Part shown: piece by piece, positions 34,104-44,500 of the stretch
Numbering within the stretch: the stretch's first letter is position 1
Layout of the letters: each line of letters begins with the position of its first letter
IMG/VR virus record: IMGVR_UViG_3300039098_000035
Span: 17,832-81,831 of that record
DNA from: a virus
DNA: 64,000 nt
Strand: one strand, 5' to 3'
Program-made: the position numbers and the translations under genes
The notes under the pieces: generated by a model
The model's input: the letters and a program-made list of their open reading frames with translations, nothing else
Told to the model about the DNA's origin: nothing
Databases searched by the model: none

Positions 34104-34814
34104 ATGAATTATTTACGAAGAATTGTAGTACCTTATGCTGAACGTGATAAAGCGTACATAGCATTGAATACCCTTAGAGGTCCTGTACATGCGGACAATG
34201 TACTGATTAACAAGTTACCGTACACAGTGTTTAAAGCAATGGGGATAGCACCTATCATATTGCAGAAAGACATAGTGACTATGGCACGTAATGGAACGAT
34301 ACCTCTAGAAGAAGTAATACGTAGAGCTATCATTGCATCTGACTTAGACATTGGAGGTACTGTGTTAGTAGATGCTTCTGACTTGGCAGCAGTTACAGAG
34401 GAGACAGCAGGAGACTATGCTGTAACATGTACCGCTACAGATCCTTGGGACGGTACAAGTACTATTGAATTTATAGTACGTGTTATTGATGCAACTATTG
34501 CATTGATTACTTTAACCGCAACCGCTATAGATATTGAAGATCAAAACGTAGCGGCATTTGATCCTACAGCGAATATTGCTTCAGCAGTAGATGATACAGA
34601 CGATGTATCAGCTAGTGTATTACTTACATTTAAAGAAGATGATGCTGCGGGTGCAGATATATTTGACACCGATTACGCAGGTAGTTTAGCGTTAGCTAAG
34701 ACACATCTAGGTACTGAAACAAATAAAGTATTTGTAATGTACAATTACTCAGATGCTTCAGGAAACCCTGCAGTAGAAAAAACTGCAACGTGGACAGCAA
34801 TCGCAGATACATAA
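34104..34814 (+). CDS. Ig-like (DUF5011-type) domain protein, possible virion decoration
   Basis: GDYAVTCTATD...IVRVID and YNYSDASGNPA are typical bacterial Ig-like repeat endings; has its own promoter, GAGGAG RBS and terminator. Confidence 0.65.
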   Translation: MNYLRRIVVPYAERDKAYIALNTLRGPVHADNVLINKLPYTVFKAMGIAPIILQKDIVTMARNGTIPLEEVIRRAIIASDLDIGGTVLVDASDLAAVTEETAGDYAVTCTATDPWDGTSTIEFIVRVIDATIALITLTATAIDIEDQNVAAFDPTANIASAVDDTDDVSASVLLTFKEDDAAGADIFDTDYAGSLALAKTHLGTETNKVFVMYNYSDASGNPAVEKTATWTAIADT

Positions 34815-34816
34815 AA

Positions 34817-34849
34817 TTAAAAGAGACCTAATCGGTCTCTTTTTCTTTT
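34817..34849. terminator. Bidirectional intrinsic terminator
   Basis: AAAAGAGACC-TAATC-GGTCTCTTTT with T tracts on both strands, between convergent genes. Confidence 0.85.
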
Positions 34850-34935
34850 GCTTCTACATTAGATTCAATGTACTCTAATACTTCGGCATCGACAAGTTCC
34901 CCTGTCTGAAGATCGTAACGTAGCTGATAATTCAT
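34828..34935 (-). CDS. Small acidic protein (35 aa, not in ORF track)
   Basis: AGGAGG 5 nt before ATG; MNYQLRYDLQTGELVDAEVLEYIESNVEAKEKETD*; stop lies within the terminator hairpin. Confidence 0.55.
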   Translation of the reverse strand: MNYQLRYDLQTGELVDAEVLEYIESNVEAKEKETD

Positions 34936-34944
34936 AGTGCCCTC

Positions 34945-35514
34945 CTATTCTAATATTTCTGTTAAAGGTATTTCATAATGAAATGTGTATGAGAAAAATA
35001 TAATCGTGACATCTTCAGGGTCTACAACATCTCCTAATGATGCTTGTATAGCTGTCCGTAGAGGGTCTTCTACCATGTTTAAGGTATACCCAGGAGTATC
35101 AATAACATATTGAAGGTTGAAATATATTCTAACTTCATAGTCATTGTTTGTGTCAATGTACATAATATGAGTGAACCCATGCTGTTCTAACAGCTGATAG
35201 ATAGGACTTTCAGCTGTTAGTATAGTATCGACTAAGTTCTCTCTATCTTCTAGTGCTTGTATTCTGGTCTCATGATCTTCGAGACGGGCTTCAGCGTCTT
35301 GCAGACGTGCTTCATGGTCTGCAATAGTTGCTTGTATCTCTACAATAAGTTCGGCTTCTGTCAGGCCTTCTTCAATTAAGTCATCTATTTTAGTAGAGCA
35401 ACTCTCAATCATTTGACAAGCGTCTAGCCACCACTGCATTTCTGTAGCGGTGTTTTCATCAGGTGCACACGCTGTCATAAAGAGGACCATAAGTAGTATT
35501 AATAATTTTTTCAT
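34945..35514 (-). CDS. Lipoprotein with coiled coil
   Basis: Signal MKKLLILLMVLFMTA-C (lipobox-like), heptads DHEARLQDAEARLEDHETRIQALE; TAATG coupling to the tail fibre. Confidence 0.75.
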   Translation of the reverse strand: MKKLLILLMVLFMTACAPDENTATEMQWWLDACQMIESCSTKIDDLIEEGLTEAELIVEIQATIADHEARLQDAEARLEDHETRIQALEDRENLVDTILTAESPIYQLLEQHGFTHIMYIDTNNDYEVRIYFNLQYVIDTPGYTLNMVEDPLRTAIQASLGDVVDPEDVTIIFFSYTFHYEIPLTEILE

Positions 35515-38500
35515 TATAAATCTTCTCCTTCTTCTTGTGTTATAAGCCCTTTAGATATTAGTAGTTCCACCATACGGTTGTGCTTATCTTCTAGTTTTTT
35601 AACTTTACTTTGTAAGTGTTTAATCATAACTGTTTTCAATGTGGCTATGTTATCTGTACGAATAGTGATGTCTTCTCTTTCATTTGTTCCATCACGGTCT
35701 GTAACTAATTCTCTAGATACCAACATTGCTAAAAGTACAGGATGGTCTTTAAGAATAATTTCAATTTCTTGTGCCATTACTCCAATCTTAAGGTCATCTG
35801 CTTCATCATCATTGTAATTGAAAGTATATATGTTAAGTTGTTCAAACAATAATTCAATCTGTCTAAACATAGTTCCGTCTTTGCCTTCAACATACCCTGC
35901 GATACTTGGGTTTATTTCTAAGTTATTATCTAATTGTATACGATTAATATCTTTCTTTCTAGTAATGTCTGATAAAGAATACTCAGCATTTCTATATACC
36001 CTATATGAGAATAAATATCCAAAATATTCTGTGGTACTTAGACCTAACATAAGTGCGGTGTTACTTGCATCTATATTAGCAGATACTGTAATACGTTGTG
36101 ATGGGGTGGTTCCTTCTATAAGACGTATCATCTCTACCCCACCTGCAGAGAACGCAAGTTGGTCTAATGAAGGGAAGAACATTCCTGTATCAGCGTCTCC
36201 ACTGAATCTATACGCAGGAGCAGTTAAAGTACCTTTAGTAGATGTCCGGAACTGCATTGTTTGCAGGTAAGTATTTGCCTGCATATATCCGTCTCCAAAT
36301 GTTACATTAGTTAAAGCTGTTTCAATCTTAGCTTCAGTTAAACTGTATTCTCCATCAGTTATTCCATAACCTGCTAAGGTAGTTGGTGTACCAGTTAAAC
36401 TACTGAATGCGCCATCGAAGGCATCAGTTATTCCATAACCTGCTAAGGTAGTCTGTGGCGTTTGATAATCAGTGTCAGCTACAAGAGGTGCTTGATAGTC
36501 TGTGCCCGCTACAAAGTTACCTTCGTGGAATATTTTATATTTATTTACACCCATAGACCATCCACCAACAAATAAATCATTAGTAGTGCCATCTAGTCCG
36601 AAGTGTAATGCGTAGTCTCCACCAACGTGGAATGTAATCATTGCATCTGTACTTGCAGTTGCTTGTTTAATTTGCAATGTATTTATTTCTGATGCTTGTG
36701 ACCCAAGCTGTCCAGCAGGTACAGTGAATACCGTTAACCCTGTGTCCGTTAAGTAGTCATCAGGATCGAAGTTATTTGCGTGCCACGCTGTATATCCTCC
36801 AATTTCTAATTCATCTGAGAAATAAAACACTTGCTCTGTTGCATCAAATTTTAAAAAGTGCGCTACAGCTGAAGCAACATCTCCAAAGAATACAACGGCG
36901 TTGTCATCACTTTGGTCGTAATTGATGTACAATGAATCATCAGCGATAATACTACCGCCAACATACAATATTCCTGTAGATGTTAAACGCATACGTTCTT
37001 CTATAGATGTACCGTCTCTAGTTTTAAATAGTAAATCAGTTGCAGTACTTGCAGGGTCATTAGTTCTATACGCTGTAATTTCTGCATAATTCTCACCTAC
37101 AACAGTGGTAGATAGTCTAAAGCCTATCGTTGCGTTGGAACCAACAGAAGCATAATTAGACCTTAATCGAAGTCCAGTCTCTCCTGAAGCGTTCACCAAC
37201 TCCAAGGAATTTTGTGGTGATGTAGTCCCTATACCTATTTTATCAGCAAAAGTAGTTTCTCCTGTTACAGCCCCACCTGTTAAAGGCAGAGCATAGTCAT
37301 CAAAATTACCCATATCTAATACTTCTAACCAGTCCATCCATGTTCCATTATTTTTACCACGTACTGCCATATGGCCTGTACGGAAATCTCCATATATTTC
37401 ATGTACCCAAGAACTTGAGTAAACTCCAGCATATAACCCACCATCTGTGTTACTAAAATTATCAAAATCTCCTGAAGGGAAACTGCTAGCATACCCTATT
37501 GTATTTCTTACAACATCATTAACAGGCATAGAGCCGCTATTATTGGTTGTAGTTAAATCAAGTAAATTTTGTACAGCTGCTTTATCCAACAAAGGTTGGA
37601 AGTAATTAGCAGCGTGTCCTTCTAAAGTTCCAGCGTCTAATTGAGTTCCTGTTTCAGAAATTTCAATAGTGTCAGTTCCAATACTTGTTACGTATGAAAT
37701 ACTTAAAGCATCCATCCATGCTACATTATCATCACCGCTGTGTCCTAATAACAGTTCTCTTACAGACACAATAGAATAATCCCATTCTTCTGTAGCATCT
37801 ACATCTCCTATATATATAACCCCATAGTTACTTGCATCTAAAGCAAAGTGTACTTGACGTGTAATATTCATTGCATCTGTTGATTCAAAGATTGCGAATG
37901 TGTTTGTCCATGAAGGAGCTGCGTGTAAATATCCACCTAATGTAACTGTGAAAGACGTATCATGAGCATAATTATAAACATCTACAACCATTCTAAGCAT
38001 TGTATTAGACTCTCCTTTTTGAGGAAGTTTAATTCTTATTGCTCCATCTATATTACTTACAGCTGTATTAAGAAGACCTCCTTTAGGATTAACTATTTTA
38101 CGTACTCCACCTTCATAAGAATATAAATGTGCATTTAACATACCAGCGATTGTTACATCTTCACTAACAACGATATTTCCACCAATTAATGCGTCTCCAC
38201 TTATATCTAAATCATATGTTGCACCTGGTACAGCTGTATCTGATGTACCATAACCGACTCTTAATGAGTGTGCTACTGTAAGTTTACCGCCTGTTGAAAG
38301 AGCCATAGCTCCTTGGCTTGTACTGTGGTTAGTATCTCTCCATAAAAAGCCACGATCAGCATCATCGTTAAATGTAAACGTCATGGCCCAGTCATTATTG
38401 ATTGCCCCAAAGGACAATCCACTAACCATACCTATACCATAATTATCGTCAGAATATACCCTGTATTTCATGTAGTTACTATCTGTATTATGTACAATTT

Positions 38501-41500
38501 CTGCGTCAGTATCAAATGTTAAATCTCCTGTCATAGTACCACCTGCTAGGGGTAGGTACGCATGTGTATGTGCAACAGGGTCTGGTTGTGTACCTGTTAA
38601 ATCTCCCCATGCTACACCAGTTAAGTATCCTTCTACTCCATGATCTCCCCAACCATAAGCTAGGTCCCAATTAACTATTAGTGCTGCAGTTACTGCGCTA
38701 GCATCATGGTCATCTTCTAATGCATACGTCCCTATGTTAGCTGATGTTAATATTTTATTCCATGTAGTTGTAGGCAAAACTGCATTTGCGTGTCTAGCAT
38801 AGAACTCTCCCCCTGCTGTATCAAACCACAACTGACTGAAGTAATTTCCTGGATGAGTATTAATACTAAGTAGTGCTCCAGCGTTATTCCCTGCAGGTCC
38901 TTTATTCGTCCATGTTCCTGTAGAACCAGGGTATAAACCTGTACCATTATCAGCATCAACATCTAGTGCTCCACCAGCAATTTGGGATAGGTAATTATGT
39001 GTATGTGCAACAGGGTCTGGTTGTGTACCTGTTAAATCTCCCCATGCTACTGATGTAAGATAATCCGTACCTGCCAAAAAGTTACCTTCATGGAATATAG
39101 CTTTAGCAATATTTCCTGTAAGTGCTGTGTACCCTGTTAAATCTGTTACTTGTGATACATTCCAGGAACCTTCCCAGTTTTGAGAATCATATGTAGGGTG
39201 GCTGATTACTTTAGTAACAGCAACTCTTCCGTAACTCCAAGATTTACTAACAGTACCTATGATAATACAATGCCTACCTCCAGGGGTAACTCCAAGTTGA
39301 ACTTCATCTATATTATTTCCTGAGCCAATTACGCTATAATTATACCAAGTAGAAGTGGTCCAATTATGTCCACTCATAGTATAAGTGCTGTGTGTGTTTG
39401 TGGTATACTCATATGTATCTATTGTAATAGTCATCATATCATACATAGCAACAGTGTTAGGAAGTTCTATTACAATGCATCCTGTTGTAGTCCCTCCAAC
39501 ACCCCATTGAGCTGTCGCATTTGGTATTACTATATCACCTATTCGTAATGAGTCATACATTCTTACACCCTGCCCAAATTGTGTAGGTAAGAATATTTTT
39601 ATATCTTGTGCATCTTCATCTACTAAAAGCACTGTATCGTCTCTTGGAGGTGTCAAGTTAGTGCCTGTATTATCATATACAGGTGCCATCCAAATATAGT
39701 CATCTGTCTCGTCACGCAGCCCAGTAAACATTTTAGCTGCAGTACCTCTTGCATATACTGTAGCAGCCCAACCAGTAGCATCTTCAATAATTAGCCCATC
39801 ATTCCAGGCTCCACCATTTGCATTTGTTATTTTTATTTGTCCGTCTACATGCAAAGTATACTCAGGATCTGTTGTGCCTATACCTACTTTACCTCTGTCT
39901 AAAACAAGTACATCATCGTATACTGTGTCAACATTTATCATACTGAAATTATATCTTACAACTCCACTTGACACAGTTTGCTTTAAAAATAATTGATATG
40001 CGTCATTATCATTATACTTTAGATTAAAGAAGACTTCATCATCTTCAGACCCTGTATTTATTTGTAATATCGCATCGTCAATAGTTAAGGCACCTGTTAA
40101 AGTACCTCCTACTAGAGGAAGTGCGTATGAATCATAGTTGCTACTATCTAATATAAAATTCTCAGAAGTCTCACTGTTATATAACAAGTCTCCAGTAGGA
40201 GCTTCTTCAATCATTGTTATTGTTATAAGGTTCAACATGTCTAGAGTTAACACAGCATTATCTGTGTAGTTACTCATTGTTATAAACCCTTCAAAGTTTG
40301 TACCTGTGTCATACAAACTAAAATACACAGGGTATGCATTGTCTTGCCCAAGTTGATAAGCATTAGCTGCCCAGTTTTCATTATAGAAACCTAGCATTAA
40401 ATGAACATCACTACGATCTGTAGCTGCATAGTTATTAGATGATAGGATTCTACCATGTAATATTCTATGTTGTGATCCAGTTTTATTGACTGAGAATATT
40501 TTGTATGTTTTACTTCTACCTGTTAGTCTGATCTTATTAACAACCTGAGTACTTAAATCTAAAGTTAAGTCTGCTAAAGCACCACTTCTACCAAGAGTTA
40601 CAACTCTATCTGCGAGTGTTATTGAATCAACGTAAGTATTAGTATCATCACTAGCATGTGTATGTCCTACTAATGAGACTGCTGTTCCATCTATTGTAGG
40701 TGTATTTACAAAGTCTGCGATACCATCAGAATCGATACGCAGTGCTAGGGTATTATTAACATCAAAAGATAGTTCATTAGTAGCGTGTGCGTAGTACATA
40801 CCTGCTACATAGCTATCTTCAGGATCAGCAAAACCATAATATCCTTTACCTGTGTTAGGTGTAAGAAGAGTTATCATTGCATATTCAGAACTTTCTATAA
40901 GTAAATCTGTATATGTATGTGCACTACCTCCTGAGCTATCTTCATATATGTGTAGTTTACGAGAAGGATTATCTGTTCCTATTCCTACATTCCCTGAAGT
41001 TGCAATTCGCATTTTTTCTGTATCGCTTGTAGTAAATACAAGTGGGTATGCTCCTATACTTCCTATAAACATTACATCATTCAATGCTGTACCTGTACCA
41101 GCATAACCAATATGTCCAGCATGTGTATTAGATGTATGCTTGAAGTGTATTGCACTATATCCTGCTGCATTTGTATTCTGTAACGTAAGTACAGGTTTTC
41201 CAGCTTGTGCACTTATAGCGTGTAATTTAGTTGAAGGACTGCTAGTTCCTATACCAAAATTATTTGCTAAGGCGTTTACATATGAATCCCCCGCACCATC
41301 AATTTTTGCATCAACAGCACCTGCTGCATTTCTTACATCAAAGTAGTATCCGTTACTGCTCCCCCATATTTCCATACGTTGCATTATTCTTATAACGGCA
41401 TCCCCATATATAGCTGGGTATACTCCATCTCTTCCTAATGTTAAAGCATAATCATATGTGTCATCAGTCCATATTTTTATTGAACCATTTTTAATTTCCA

Positions 41501-44500
41501 GTAGTTCATTAGGAGCATTGGTTCCTATCCCTACTTTACCATCATGTGCAACTGTTAATCTTTCTAAAGCATTTGTCCAAAGGGACAATGTACCTGTGGC
41601 TGTATCAAGGTTTTTAATTGCCATAGTTCCATCGTTACTTGTTTGGATTACTGAGTCTGTTCCACCAGGGATAAGATCTATGTAATCAATATCAGTCGTT
41701 GCAGAATAAGGCCCCACTCTAAGTGTGCCATTTATATGTGCTGCTCTATTAGTATGCATATCGCCTGTACCAACAAACAGTTTAGTTTCTATTGTTAAAT
41801 CACCAGTCATAGTATCACCGGTAACATCTACCCATAAGTCAGACCAATCCGTAAGGTCTGCTACAACATGAGTATGTCCTACTAATGATACTGCTACAGC
41901 ATTTACTGTAGGTGTGAATGCGAAATCTGCAATCCCACTAGGTGCTATGAATAATGCAGTTACATCAGGTACTCCATTACTTGTTGTATTGTCTTTAGTT
42001 CTAAATACTAATCCTCCACGATATCCTCCGTGTCCTGAAGCATAAATCCCTGCAAGGGTTGCTTGTTTCCCATCACTGTTCCAATCACGTCTGAATGTAA
42101 TACCATAAGAAGGTTTAGTTTCGTCAAAACTAGTTTGCGGCGATTCAGAATTTTCATTTGAACCTATAGTAAGCATACTTTTAAACACACTGTTATCTAA
42201 TGTTTCATTTTTTATATGTAACAAAGCTAGAGGTACAATAGTACCAATACCTATTTTACCATCATTTTTAATAATCATTTTAGTATCTGACGCAAGAGTG
42301 AATTCATCATAATCAGTAGCAGAATCTACAACAAAGTGTAAATCACTTAGTCCATGTGAGTCTACACCTTTACTAATTATAGCTGTCTTGTCTCCAACAC
42401 CTGAACCAGGATTAAGTCTGTGTCTGAATACATACCCAACTTCTCCTACATCATAAGCATTGTGGGAGACAACTATCCTTGCATTTGCTCCATATACTTC
42501 TAAGTTTTTAGTTGGTGACGCTGTACCTATTCCTATATTTCCATTAGATAAAATACGCATCTTCTCTGTAAGAGCTGAACCTGTCCATGTTGAGAAATAC
42601 AAATCATAACCTGTTTCGCCTATACGTGCGTTCCCTGATTGCCATTGTAGGTGGTCCCCGCTAGGAATGTTAATACTACCAGCTATGTCAAGATTACCTA
42701 GTATATCTTGTTTGAACGCAGAAGGTAATCCTGTAGGGCCGAAGTTAAGAGCACCTGCGGCATCTTTCCAAATTCTGTGCGATGTTCCATGAGAACTTGT
42801 AATAGCGATACCATCTGCCAATGTGTCTCCACTTTGACGTATTCCTAGTATCCCTGTTGAAGCAGTTGACCCTCCATCAATAGTTAAGGCACCTGTTAAA
42901 GTACCTCCTACTAGAGGTAGGTAAGGATGAGAGTGTGTTTCTTCATAACCAGTAAGTAAGGTATCTACTTCTGCTTGTGTATATTTATCAAGGTCCGTAA
43001 TGTCGGCTTCTACATGAGTGTGAGCATTTGGATCACGATTATCAGATAGTCTACTGTCATCCGTTTTAACTAATGCAACTACTCCAACTTTAGGAGTTGA
43101 ATCAAATGAAACAATACCATCTTGGGTTATTCTTAATGCTCTATTTGTTGAACTGTGTATTTCATAACCATTTTCATTACCTGTTAGTTCTCCTGTGTAC
43201 CTATGAAACCAGCTAAAGGTTGCACCAGATGCTTCATAATTAATTTTAAGAAAATCTATAGTATTATTTACAGCAAGAAATTTCAAACTATTTGTACCTA
43301 ACTCAATGTCTCCTGTTAGTGTACCACCTATTAAAGGAAGGTAAGGATGTGAATGTTCGTCAGATTTAAGAAGTAACGCTGCATCTAGTTCTACTTCAGT
43401 ATAATATCTATCATCATGTATATGATCGCCAATACTTACTACAGCTGATGATACTTTATCTGAACGGTAGGTTTCAAACTCTTCAATCGTGTATGAACCG
43501 TTACCTGCTTTCATTAACAGCCTACCTAGTATGATAAATTCTTGCATCTCTAAAGCACCTGTTTCTAAAGTAGATAAATCATTTAATGCTTTAGCATCTG
43601 TTAAGTTATCTCCTTCATATTGTCCAGGCATCCAGATAACGGCACTGTCATTAGAATCATTTGTAATGACTAACCAGTATACAAAGTATTTATTATTGCT
43701 TACATCTTCAAGAGACCAAACACCAGCAGTGTTCAGGTTAACTTGAGGCTGTGTGTTTAAGTAACATGTTGCAGTTGTCCCTGCAATTTTTCGTATGTCA
43801 CCGTCTGCGTTTCTATATAAGATAGGTGCTACTAGTGCGTCTAAAGTCTGAGTTACTCCTATGTTTTCCCCTAGAGTTAATCTCAAATCTTCATCGTACA
43901 TTACACCTGGGTCTACTTTAATAGTTGTTGTAGTTAATGTAGTCACTGCGAACCCACTTGAATATCGAGTACCGTAAGTAAGATGTTCCATCTCATGATC
44001 TCTATCATCCATCATCCATCCATGCCACTCAGGCCCTAGAAGAATCATTTCTTTATTAGTAGCGTCCCATAGTCCATAAGCTACTAACGCTTTAGTTAAG
44101 TTAAACGTCCAAGCTGAATCACTAGCTATCAATCCTGCTGTGGTGTAGTAAAAGAATTTAAGTCCTTCAGTATCATCAAAAACAACTGATTCACTTCCTA
44201 TTTGTTTAGTTACTTTAACACTATTGATCCAATAATCTTCAACACTGTTAAATGTAATTGTAAATGTTCTAGTTGCATCAACACACGATACTTCTAAATC
44301 AGGCTGGTAATCCCACCCTGTTTTATTAAACTCATACTTATCATGATCGTGAGACAATAATGAGTATAGTCCACTATGGTCTCCCCAACCATAGGCTGTG
44401 TCCCAGTTACCGCTACTAGTTAATAAGGAATCTATTTCAGTTTCCGTGTAGTATCTATCATCATGTAATGTACCTAGAGGTTCATATATTGCAGCATGGT

